This document shows, piece after piece, positions 42,231-51,800 of a stretch of DNA of 64,000 nucleotides. Below the pieces are notes generated by a model. That model was given only the letters and a program-made list of their open reading frames with translations, made no database searches and had not been told where the DNA came from. Made by a program: the position numbers and the translations under genes. Within the stretch, counting starts at the first letter, position 1. Each line of letters starts with the position of its first letter. This stretch comes from Terriglobia bacterium (GTDB taxonomy: Bacteria; Acidobacteriota; Terriglobia; 20CM-2-55-15): the NCBI GenBank assembly GCA_965198225.1, contig CBDAOY010000005.1, positions 704,001 to 768,000 on the forward strand, given 5' to 3'.

Positions 42231-42648
42231 TCAAATATCAGGATGCTGAAAAGAATCTTCGGGAAAAGGATATGGGACAGCTGCGCCTACTTGACAGGAG
42301 GAGTCCAGATACGGCTTTCTTGGTACTGCGGACCTCTCCGCCACCCTGTCGGCCCAACCTGACCCTCGCGGGCTGTCGGTTGGCGCGTGCCACGCCACCG
42401 GCAGGGCTTCCCGTGTTGCGTCCAATCCCCTCTTCCATACATGCCACCGCCCAATACCCCGGCGGAACCAGTCGGTGCTCGCGTCGCTCGCTTCCCGACC
42501 GCTGGCAGCCTTCCCCGTTTCAACGGCGGGTCGGCTTCCGCATTGTGCGTTTCGATGGAGTGGACGCCCCCGCTCCCCGGCGGCAGAATGGGCCGGGTCA
42601 GCAGAACGCACAAGGGGTGCGTTCAGAACACGAGAGAGGGAGGGATAC

Positions 42649-43695
42649 ATGGGCAAGGTGATCACCATCATCGGCATCGACATTTCAAAGAGGTACTTCC
42701 AACTGCATGGAGCCACGGCAAGCGGTGAGCCTGTGCTGCGCAGGCAGCTCACGCGCCCGAAGCTACTCGAGTTCCTCGCCAAGCAGCCTGTCTGCCGGGT
42801 CGTGATGGAAGTGTGCGGCAGCGCCCATCATTGGGGGCGGATGATCCAGGAGATCGGCCACGAGGTCCGCCTGATTCCCCCGATGTATGTGAAGCCGTAC
42901 GTCAAGAGGCAGAAGAATGACGCCAACGACGCGGGAGCGATCGTCGAGGCGGCCCAGCGGCCGACGATGCGGTTCGTGGCCGTGAAGACCGAGGAGGAGC
43001 AGGCACGATCGGTGGTGTTCCGGGCCCGGGCACTGCTGGTGCGCCAGCGGACACAGACGATCAACGCGCTGCGGGGTCATCTCGCGGAGTTTGGACTCGT
43101 CGCTCCGCTTGGGACCCACAACGTCGGGAGGCTGGAGGAGGTGTTCGCGGAGCGTGAAGAGTGTTTCCCGGCGCTGGTGCCTCCCGCCATACGCCGCCTC
43201 ATCGAGCGGACCCACGATCTGGATGCGGAGATCGATGAGCTGGACCGGGAGATCCGTCGCATCGTGAGGGAAGATGAGGCGCTCGGGCGCCTGATGACGA
43301 TTCCAGGGGTGGGAGAGCTCACGGCAATGGCGGTGCACGCGTTCGCGCCACCGATGGAGAGCTTCCGTAATGGACGTGACTTTGCGGCATGGGTCGGGAT
43401 CACGCCGCGTGAATCCTCGACGGGTGGCCGCCAACGGCTGGGGGGGATCACAAAGATGGGACAGCGCGACATCCGGAGGCTCCTGTACCTGGGAGCGACG
43501 GCGGTCATCTCGAGTGCCATCCGGCGGAGGGAGGTCACCGATCCCTGGCTTGGCCGGATGCTGGACGAAAAGCCGAGGAAGGTGGTTGCGGTGGCTCTGG
43601 CCAACAGGATGGCACGCATCATCTGGGCCATGACGGTGAAGGAGGAGAGCTACAGGGCACGGGGAATGACAAAGGCCGTTGCGCCTGCAGCGTAG
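42649..43695 (+). CDS. IS110 family DEDD recombinase/transposase
   Basis: GIDISK, VMEVCG, KNDANDA, 'GITPRESSTGG', 'VALANRMAR'. Confidence 0.95.
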   Translation: MGKVITIIGIDISKRYFQLHGATASGEPVLRRQLTRPKLLEFLAKQPVCRVVMEVCGSAHHWGRMIQEIGHEVRLIPPMYVKPYVKRQKNDANDAGAIVEAAQRPTMRFVAVKTEEEQARSVVFRARALLVRQRTQTINALRGHLAEFGLVAPLGTHNVGRLEEVFAEREECFPALVPPAIRRLIERTHDLDAEIDELDREIRRIVREDEALGRLMTIPGVGELTAMAVHAFAPPMESFRNGRDFAAWVGITPRESSTGGRQRLGGITKMGQRDIRRLLYLGATAVISSAIRRREVTDPWLGRMLDEKPRKVVAVALANRMARIIWAMTVKEESYRARGMTKAVAPAA

Positions 43696-43839
43696 GGTTG
43701 CGAGTCAGATCAGTGGAGCGAAGAAGGGTCGGCGAGATCAGAAACGCGGAGAAGAGAGAGGAAATCGTCCGGCTGGCGGCCTGGGCGGATGGACACGGGC
43801 CACGGAGGTTCCAACTGGAGAGTGCAAGCAGGACGTCGG

Positions 43840-44005
43840 ACAAGGTAGGGGCAAACGGTCGACAAGACGGGATCGGAAAACCCAGTAGGCCTCGAAGGGC
43901 CATCGAGCCCGTCGTTTCGATTTGGATCCGATCTCACGAACACCATACGGGCCCGCGGCCAGCAAGTGCCGCATCAAGAGGCCGCACATACGACCGTACC
44001 TGACC
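43840..44005 (+). ncRNA. Predicted bridge/seekRNA of element 2
   Basis: Loops AGGCCTCG/CGTTTCGA match the target; CCATACG/CACATACGA match the donor junction; RNA ends approximate. Confidence 0.78.
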
Positions 44006-44255
44006 TGAATGCCACCGATCCTCGGTTCGAAGTCAGGCTTGCCAACCAGGGGGGCGTCCACATACGAGGCCTGCTCGGCGTTTACTCGCGTTGTGGCCTG
44101 TGTGGTCGCTGAGCCGCCCGAGGCGGCCCTTTGTCATCGGAGTGCTTCAGACGATGTTGTTACCTCCACCATCCGCTCCGATTGCTACCGACTGGAGCGA
44201 CAGTTGCCGGGCGGGATTCGCACCCGCTGAGGATTGGCGCCTTCTCACGGCGCGG

Positions 44256-44738
44256 CTTGAGCCCTCGGCTCCTCATGAAGCTGTAGAGGGTCGTACGGGA
44301 CACGCCCGTGAGCTTGGCGATGGCGGTCTTGGAAACCCCCAGCTTGAGGAAGCGCCGGATGTCGTCCTCCTTGCCGTTGAGCCGTGAGACGCCCAGCGAG
44401 CCTTTCGGGCGCCCGAGCTTCCGGCCCGAGGATCTGGCCTTGGCGAGGGCGTCGAGGATGGCAACGATCTGACCCAGCGACCGACCAAGCCGGGAGAGTT
44501 CGCTGACGACCAAACGGTCGCCGCGCTGGAGAACGTTCATCAGCTCGTCGAGCCGTCGGCGCTTTTCGGAAGCCTATCCAGAGGCGGTCGCCTCGATGAA
44601 ATCGTCGATGCGGAAGTCGTGTTTGCGTGCGTACTCGAGGATGGCGAGGCGCTGGCTGCGCACGTCCTGCTGCGCGGTCGAGACCCTCAAATAGGCAACG
44701 GTTTTCACGGCCTGACCATGGAATGCGGCTTCTGGCAT
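44256..44738 (-). pseudogene. Serine resolvase/invertase remnant
   Basis: AYLRVST, ELSRLGRS, LGRPKG, C-terminal HTH; in-frame stop at 44574 and an apparent internal deletion. Confidence 0.85.
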
Positions 44739-44862
44739 TTTATCTGACAGATAAGAAACATGAAATGCGTCACGTTCCATGCTACTAAACTGTTAGGTCA
44801 AGACGGACGTTTGATGAGACGGTTCCATGCCATCCTGAGCGGCTCCGGTTCCAGACGGAGCC

Positions 44863-45237
44863 TTAGTCGGCCGTTCGGCGGGCCGTTCCTAGCCGCGCCA
44901 GCGCATAGACAATGCCAATGGCCGGAACCACCGAAAATGCGAGCGCAAGCTCCCAATCGCCCCGCACGCTACCCGCAGCAATCAGCTGCGCAAGGCCCAG
45001 GTCGGCGATCACGTTCGCCGTCAGGAGCGCCACCAAGGCGAGGATCGTCTTCGTGGTGAGACGGGGCCGCAACACGAGCAGAAGCACGCCCGCGGCCCCC
45101 AGGGGGTGCAGGAAGATCAGGAGCAGCCGTTGCCAGACGTCTCCACCATTCGCGAATGCTCCAACCATGGACGTGAGTCCTACGAAGGCAGCGTGGATCA
45201 CAGCGAGCACCGTCACCGAAATTCGGAAGCTGGTCAT
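44863..45237 (-). CDS. Small hypothetical membrane protein (4 TM)
   Basis: Four hydrophobic segments. Confidence 0.65.
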   Translation of the reverse strand: MTSFRISVTVLAVIHAAFVGLTSMVGAFANGGDVWQRLLLIFLHPLGAAGVLLLVLRPRLTTKTILALVALLTANVIADLGLAQLIAAGSVRGDWELALAFSVVPAIGIVYALARLGTARRTAD

Positions 45238-45314
45238 GAAACCATGATCGGTCCCTGATGGGGATCTACCCCATCCTCTGAACCGGCTGCCAGTTGGCGG
45301 GCCGGGCCGGCGGC

Positions 45315-45439
45315 ATTGTCAAGTTAAACTGTTTGACGACATTATCGGGGTCGTTTGCTAATGCTAAGTTATTGATTTTTAGTTCTGGTGTCGACTGGTT
45401 CTCTAACGAGAACGACCGGATTTCGATTAACTCGACAAT
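45315..45439. mobile_element. 125-bp AT-rich MITE-like element
   Basis: Terminal inverted repeats ATTGTCAAGTTAA / TTAACTCGACAAT (12/13 match); internal IHF-consensus match. Confidence 0.55.
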
Positions 45440-45471
45440 CGCGTTGCGCCTCCTCCAGCCTGTACCCCGTT

Positions 45472-45978
45472 CTATTCCGAACCCTCGGGTCGAGGTGATG
45501 CAGGCGGCACGCCGTCCTTGAGCCATCGCACGAGCGCCTTGCCAGGATCGGCGATCTCCTCGACCGCGCCGTACCAGTAGGCTTCCCATCCCGTTTCCGG
45601 CAGACCCGTAAACAACATCAGGTTGAGTGGATAGACCTCGCTGTCGGTGCAGCGGCGGAAATCGTCCCGGAACAGGAACACCGGCTTCTCCCAGGCGACC
45701 GCCATACCCAGTTCCACCATCACTCCCTCGTCCGGGGGACAACCGTTGACCACCGCGAACAATCCCTCGGCCTGCCGCACGTCCCGAAGATCGGCCTGAC
45801 CGATCTCATACGCCCAGCCCGGGCGGGCCCGGTCGATCTGGTTGTTGCGCGTGAACGGCTCCCAGACTTCGGCCCCCAGCGCCTCCAGAGCCGCCACAAT
45901 CCCTCCCAATGGCCCCGCGCGCTGCTGCAGGGAGAAACCATAGGGATTGGCCAGATACAGCGTCTTCTTCGATGTCAT
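45472..45978 (-). CDS. Nucleoside 2-deoxyribosyltransferase family protein
   Basis: LYLANPYGF, 'PDEGVMVELGMAVA', LNLM. Confidence 0.85.
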   Translation of the reverse strand: MTSKKTLYLANPYGFSLQQRAGPLGGIVAALEALGAEVWEPFTRNNQIDRARPGWAYEIGQADLRDVRQAEGLFAVVNGCPPDEGVMVELGMAVAWEKPVFLFRDDFRRCTDSEVYPLNLMLFTGLPETGWEAYWYGAVEEIADPGKALVRWLKDGVPPASPRPEGSE

Positions 45979-46111
45979 GTGCGAGGCCCGGTACTTAAGC
46001 ATCCGCGAATTCATCCGCCAGCGCAACGGGTCGATCGCAGGCGGTGGCCTTCCCAGATCGGCGAAATAGGTTTCAGAAGACCGTGCCCATTATCTACAAT
46101 TTCCGGCGAAC

Positions 46112-46441
46112 ATGACCGAAGACGAACGCCAGGACCTGCTTAGAACGGTAAGCGAGAGCCACGCAAGCCTGTCCGCGGTCGCCCTCAAGTTACGGCTGGA
46201 ACTGCCGCCGAAAGCCCCTGCACTGAAGGCAGCGATAAAGGCCATGCGTGGGGCCTTCGATCTCAAGCGCACGCTTCAGCAACTCGTTGTTGAGGACCTT
46301 GAAAAAGCAAAAGGGCTCGTGGCATTGCCCAAGGTTCGCTTGGGCGGCAAGGTGGTCGACGTGAAGCTGCTATTACGGCAAAAGGATCGGCGCTCGTCAC
46401 CAGGTCCGCCAAGGCGCCATAAGTCATGGCCCTGTGTCTAG
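46112..46441 (+). CDS. Hypothetical helical protein
   Basis: ATG-initiated ORF with plausible composition; no motif recognised. Confidence 0.45.
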   Translation: MTEDERQDLLRTVSESHASLSAVALKLRLELPPKAPALKAAIKAMRGAFDLKRTLQQLVVEDLEKAKGLVALPKVRLGGKVVDVKLLLRQKDRRSSPGPPRRHKSWPCV

Positions 46442-46645
46442 AATAATGTCCGCCTTACTCGACGATATATGGCCACAAAATAATCTGGATAGTACAATCG
46501 CTATCAGCCGCAAACAGGCCGCGTTTCGGCTTTTCTTGGACGCCGCAATCTTCTGACGTTGCGGCGCGAACGAGTGACCCAATTCGCACTAACATCTCAT
46601 TCGCACGTTGGATCTGTTGAGCGGCAGGAGCTGCGAAGGAAACGA

Positions 46646-47209
46646 ATGGCTGACTCGCCGGACGATGCATGGACGACGGTATTTTGCCAGCGTCCGTATA
46701 ACTCCTACCGCGCGTATGGAGGGCGAAACCCAGCCTTCAAGAGTAGTCCTGGCCTTGACGGTCGCCTGCTAGACTTCAAGGTTGGCGACAACGACGCGAT
46801 CAAGAGCGAAACGACCGTCTTGCTCAATGCTATCGAGAAGCTCGATCTTCTCGACGCTGTCGTGGCGATCATTCCTGGTCACGAAGCGGCCGCTTCGAAT
46901 AGGGAGACGCCGCTGGCCCGTGCGGCTGAGGCAATCGCTGCTGCATCCGACTACACAGCGGCACCGGACAGCCTGGTCAGGACGAGGTCAATAGACAAAC
47001 TCGCTGATGGTGGTGACAGGAGCGTAAACACTCACGTCACCTCGATGGCGATACCTGATCCGACGATTGTACGCGGGCAAACAGTCGTCATCATTGATGA
47101 CATCGTGACGACAGGAAATTCCATCGCAGCGGCTAGACAGCTACTAGAAGCAGCGAGCGCTGAACGGATCGCAGCCGTAGCCATTGGACGCACTAGGTCG
47201 CTGTACTGA
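46646..47209 (+). CDS. Phosphoribosyltransferase (ComF/ShosT-like)
   Basis: PRPP-binding motif VVIIDDIVTTGNS; 'IPGH'; AAGGA RBS. Confidence 0.88.
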   Translation: MADSPDDAWTTVFCQRPYNSYRAYGGRNPAFKSSPGLDGRLLDFKVGDNDAIKSETTVLLNAIEKLDLLDAVVAIIPGHEAAASNRETPLARAAEAIAAASDYTAAPDSLVRTRSIDKLADGGDRSVNTHVTSMAIPDPTIVRGQTVVIIDDIVTTGNSIAAARQLLEAASAERIAAVAIGRTRSLY

Positions 47210-47213
47210 ACCC

Positions 47214-48176
47214 ATGGTGACCGACGACATCCGAACCATCTTGGCTCTGTCAAAGCTACCGAAGGTCGGCCGGGTTCGACTGCGTGCGCTTTTGCAGTGC
47301 ATTCACGACAAGGGCTTCTCGCCGCCACTCACGGTTCGGCAGACTCTGGCTGAGTCCCACGACGCCGTCAAGCTGCCTCCCTTTTCCGATGGCGATGTTG
47401 ACAGCGCCATCGCTCGAGCCGACGATCTGGCAGGGCGCTGCGACGACCTTGGCATCGCCGTGCGGCCTTACGGTTGGCCTGAGTATCCGAACCAATTGCG
47501 TCGGATAGCGGCCCCCCCAGCAATTCTTTTTTCCATCGGCGCGTTCGAACCTGATCATGCGCCACGTGTCGCCGTGATCGGCACACGCCGCCCGTCGCAG
47601 TGGGGACTGACTACAGTCGCAGCTTGCGCTCGTCGGATCGCTGAACGAGGTGGAGTAGTTGTCTCCGGGTTGGCGTTGGGGATAGACGCTGCAGCCCACG
47701 CGGCTAGCGTTGAGAGCGCTGGAACCACTTGGGCCGTCATGGCACATGGTCTCCATACCGTATCGCCATCGTCCAACCGAGTCTTGGCCGAGGAGATCCT
47801 TGAAAAGGGCGGTGCCCTGATTAGCGAATATCCTCCTGACGAGGAGGCAAGACGGCACTACTTCGTCGAACGGGATCGCATTCAGGCAGGGCTGTCGGAC
47901 GCTGTCTTGGTCATTGAGAGTGGTGTTGCTGGCGGTGCGATGCATACTGTCCGGGCAGCGCAGAAGGGACATATCCCTATTTGGGTGACGTTCCCCAACG
48001 AGAGCGTCTCCCATGGGGAGATTCGGACTGAAGATCTTCTTGAACCGCAACAGGGGACATGGGATCTTCTTAGATCCCACGCGGCCGAACACGTTTCGAC
48101 CATCGGGGTGCTGGCTTCTAAGCTTGCAGCCTTGCCAGATCGCACATCTGCCAACAGTCAGGTGTCGCGACAGTGA
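47214..48176 (+). CDS. DprA/SMF family protein (ShosA-like)
   Basis: VAVIGTR, VSGLALGIDAAAH, ISEYPP, RDRIQAGLS; no C-terminal winged-helix domain evident. Confidence 0.9.
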   Translation: MVTDDIRTILALSKLPKVGRVRLRALLQCIHDKGFSPPLTVRQTLAESHDAVKLPPFSDGDVDSAIARADDLAGRCDDLGIAVRPYGWPEYPNQLRRIAAPPAILFSIGAFEPDHAPRVAVIGTRRPSQWGLTTVAACARRIAERGGVVVSGLALGIDAAAHAASVESAGTTWAVMAHGLHTVSPSSNRVLAEEILEKGGALISEYPPDEEARRHYFVERDRIQAGLSDAVLVIESGVAGGAMHTVRAAQKGHIPIWVTFPNESVSHGEIRTEDLLEPQQGTWDLLRSHAAEHVSTIGVLASKLAALPDRTSANSQVSRQ

Positions 48177-48204
48177 GTCGATTCGTCTTGTTCGATCTCC
48201 ACAC

Positions 48205-48360
48205 GCCAACCCAGTCGGGGAGGGTCTGGCTCGGAGTCGCTTCCGCGTAGGCGTAACCGCTGGCGCCCAACACGGCCTCGAACAACTCGACTCGAACCGC
48301 TTCGCCCGTCTGTGGATCCGTCAGATGTGGCGCTTTGCCGGAAAAGTCGATAAAAGGGTA
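48205..48360 (-). pseudogene. IS21 IstA transposase fragment
   Basis: 'FIDFSG...DPQTGE...LFEAVLGASGYAYAEATPSQTLPDW'. Confidence 0.8.
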
Positions 48361-48898
48361 GCGCTCACATTCATGTTGAAATACAACATCAGGGCGAACC
48401 GGGCTTTCTGGTCGACCCGGAGCGACCTCGCAAACGAATGGCGCCGCCAATGCAGGCGACGGTTTTCAAGGCAGCGCCTAAGAAAAGGTCAAAAACAGCC
48501 TGTTTACGACAGTTGCTGGCCATAGTATCCAGATCATTTCAGTGTCGGATAGCGTCGATCCAGGCACCGATATCTTCGTCACCCCACCGTTGGTCAGCGG
48601 ACCGTGATCGCGGGCGGCTGCCTAGTTTCGACGCTCTACGATCAAGGCGCATCACTTCACCGAATGGGTGACGGCAGCGCTCTCGCGCTGGTGGGCCGGC
48701 TACGTTTCACGCAGAGGGCGTGAGCCTTCCCCTTCTTTGCCCCGCGCGGGGTCCCTCCGTCAGGGGGGCGTCGGGAATCCATGATGCCGCTGAATCCGGA
48801 AAGGCGGATAGGATTGTTGGATTCCGCACCCTGCTTCAGCCCATACCCGGCATTCATGCGCATTTGTACCGAGGGCTCGGGCCTCCAGGCCGGAGCCC

Positions 48899-51800
48899 TC
48901 AGGGACTCGCTGGAGGCGTCGTCGGTTCCACGGCCAACTCCAGCGGCTGACCGTTCTGCCCCGTGAAGCGGATTGATCCGGACGAGGTTTGGCCTGCTGT
49001 CCCGCTGAAGAGGACGAACTGGGTTGTCCATCCGCCGGAATCCACAAAATGGGGGAAGAACAGGTCGGATGCGTGGGCGGCCGCGTTTTCGTCGGCCGGC
49101 GGTGTCGTCGTGACCACAATGTCGAACCGCTGGTTGGTTGTCAACCGCAGGCCGACGACGGCGATGTCGGGCGTCGGGGAGGCAATCCTGAGAATTCCCG
49201 AGAAAGGCGTGGCCAATGCGGGGAAGAATTCGTCGATGAATCGAGCGGCCTGGCCCGATGCGGGGAGGGTGAGGGACTCGGTGAGTCCCGAGGCTGAGCC
49301 GTCCAATGCCGTCAATTCGAGCGACACGACGGTGGCCGTCTCCGATGTGTTGGTCAGGGCAATGCCGCTGCGCACCGAGCCCGGCTGGCCGGGGGTGCCG
49401 CTCGTCTCCCCGTAAACACGAAACGCGTTTCCGGAGATGGAGGCCGGGACACCGGCTTCGGACACGGTCACGCCGGCGTTCTGGTAAGAGAAGATGCTCA
49501 CTCCCGACGGGGCGGCGTGGCCGGGGTCAGCCACCACCCGGACTGAGCCGGTCTGAATGGGGCCGGTGGGACTGGCGGTCTGGAGCCGCGTTGCACTGCG
49601 TGGGGGGATCGCATAGGGGAATGCCGATCCATTACTCCCATCGGCAAGCGTCAGCGTGGCCGGCCCGGCGTTCGCAGTCTCGCTGCCGGGGCCAAGGAAC
49701 TGAACGCTCCCCTGGATCGGGGCATGGGTGGGGTTGACGAGAATGACCTGGGTCGTCCATCCGGCTCCCGCCGCGAAATGCGGAAAGTAGACCGTGGCGG
49801 GCGTGGGGACTGTGAGCGGCGCGACGGGAAGCGTCGTCATCAGGAACTCGGAGCGCTCATTGACGAACCCGCGCAGCGCGATGACGGCGACCGGCAGGTC
49901 GGAGCTGAAGGTGAACGTGCCCCACACTGCGTCGCCTCCGTTAAACGGATCCTCGTCCAGGAATTGTGCGATCTGTTCCCGGGGCCCCAGCATGAACGTG
50001 CCGTGTCCGGAGTCGATGCCTTGGCTATCGGTGAAGAAGAACCCGATCGTGGCGGCGGTGCCGTTGGGATTGGCCATGGCGATCCCGGTCCGGAGAGCAC
50101 CGTCGGTTTCGGCAAAGATCCGGCCTTCCAGTACGGCGGCGGCGGCGGGGACGCCGGCTTCCGAGACGAGAATCCCGTCCTGCCGGGAACCAAATATGGC
50201 CAGTCCGGTTGGCAGCGTCATGCCCGCACCGGCCGCCACCTGTCCATATCCGGCAACGAGCGCGGGGGAGGCGCCCTGGGAGGTGAGGGAAACTCCGCCC
50301 TGGTCTGGAATGGAGAACCGTTGCGTGGCGGACGTACCGGTCGGACTCAGCAGGCGGATCCGGTAGTTGCCCGCATCGGCGATGTAGAGGTTGCCAACCC
50401 CGTCCACCGCCACGCCCCGTATATGGCTGATCTGCGCCTGGCTCGCCGGACCGCCGTCCCCGCTGAAACCGCGCTCCCCCGTGCCCGCAATCGTCGTGAT
50501 CACCCCCGTCGAATCGACCTTGCGGATGCGGAAGTTGCCCGCATCGGCGATGTAGAGGTTGCCAACCCCGTCCACCGCTACGCCTGTGGGAAGCTCGATC
50601 TGCGCCTGGCTCGCCGGACTGCCGTCCCCGCTGAAACCGCGGAGCCCCGTGCCCGCCACGGTCGTGATCATCCCGGTGGAGTCGACCTTGCGGATACGGA
50701 AGTTGTTCCTGTCGGTGATGTAGAGGTTGCCCGCCCCGTCCACCGCCACGCCATAGGGAGAGTTGAGCCCCGCCTGGCTCGCCGGCCCGCCGTCCCCGCT
50801 GAAACCGCGCCGCCCCGTGCCCGCCACGGTCGTGATCGTCCCGGCGGAATCGACCTTGCGGATCCGGTGGTTGCGGGTCTCGGCGAAGTAGAGGTTGCCC
50901 GCCCCGTCCACCGCTATGCCTGTGGGAGTGTTGATCGGCGCCTGGCTCGCCGGCCCACCGTCCCCACTGAAACCGCGGAGCCCCGTGCCCGCCACGGTCG
51001 TGATCGTCCCGGTGGAATCGACCTTGCGGATCCGGTCGTTGACAGCGTCAGCGAAGTAGAGGTTGCCCGCCCCGTCCACCGCTATACCTGTGGGAAGCTC
51101 GATCCACGCCTCGGTCGCCGGACCGCCATCGCCTCTGAAACCGAGCCCCCCCGTGCCCGCCACGGTCGTGATCGTTCCGGTGGAATCGACCTTGCGGATA
51201 CGGCCGTTGCCGAAATCGGCGATGTAGAGGTTGCCCGCCCCGTCCACCGCTATACCTGTGGGAAGCTCGATCCACGCCTCGGTCGCCGGACCGCCATCGC
51301 CGCTGAAACCGAACTTCCCAGTCCCCGCAATCGTCGTGATCGTTCCGGTGGAATCGACCTTGCGGATACGGTTGCCCCTATCGGCGATGTAGAGGTTGCC
51401 CGCCCCGTCGACCGCCACGCCTGTGGGAGTGTTGATCTGCGCCTGGCTCGCCGGACCGCCATCGCCGCTGAAACCGCGCTCCCCAGTCCCCGCAAGCGTC
51501 GTGATCGTTCCGGTGGAATCGACCTTGCGGATACGGTTGCCCCTATCGGCGATGTAGAGGTTGCCTGCACCGTCGACCGCCACACCCTCGGGAGAGTTGA
51601 TCTGCGCCTGGCTCGCCGGACCGCCATCGCCGCTGAAACCGAGCCCCCCTGTGCCCGCCACGGTCGTGATCATCCCGGTGGAGTCGACCTTGCGGAGGCG
51701 GTGGTTGCCGGTATCGGCGATGTAGAGGTTGCCTGCACCGTCGACCGCCACACCCTCGGGAGAGTTGATCTGCGCCTGGCTCGCCGGACCGCCATCGCCG

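Larger units (their letters stand above)
40857..42311 (+). mobile_element. IS110 family, IS1111-type element 1
   Basis: Sub-terminal inverted repeats ATGGACTCCTCC (40864) / GGAGGAGTCCAG (42297), 7 and 3 nt from the ends; empty site ATTACC|CGGCT at 57615-57625. Confidence 0.93.
42553..44064 (+). mobile_element. IS110 family, IS1111-type element 2
   Basis: Inverted repeats GTGGACGCCCCC (42560) / GGGGGCGTCCAC (44050), 7 and 3 nt from the ends; target GCGTTT|CGAGGCC. Confidence 0.93.
39295..44255 (-). mobile_element. Group II intron A copy 1 (class F-like), carrying two IS1111-type insertions
   Basis: Domain V GAGCCGGATGCGGGAAATCCGCATGTCCGGTTC; 3' end ...CTCTAC at 39295; colinear with 56168-58050; 5' end reads CCGCG instead of GTGCG. 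Confidence 0.9.

Noticed and set aside
42291-42311. Circle-junction promoter for IS element 1 (TTGACA + TATGAT)
   Set aside because: The spacer would be only 13 nt, so it is not claimed
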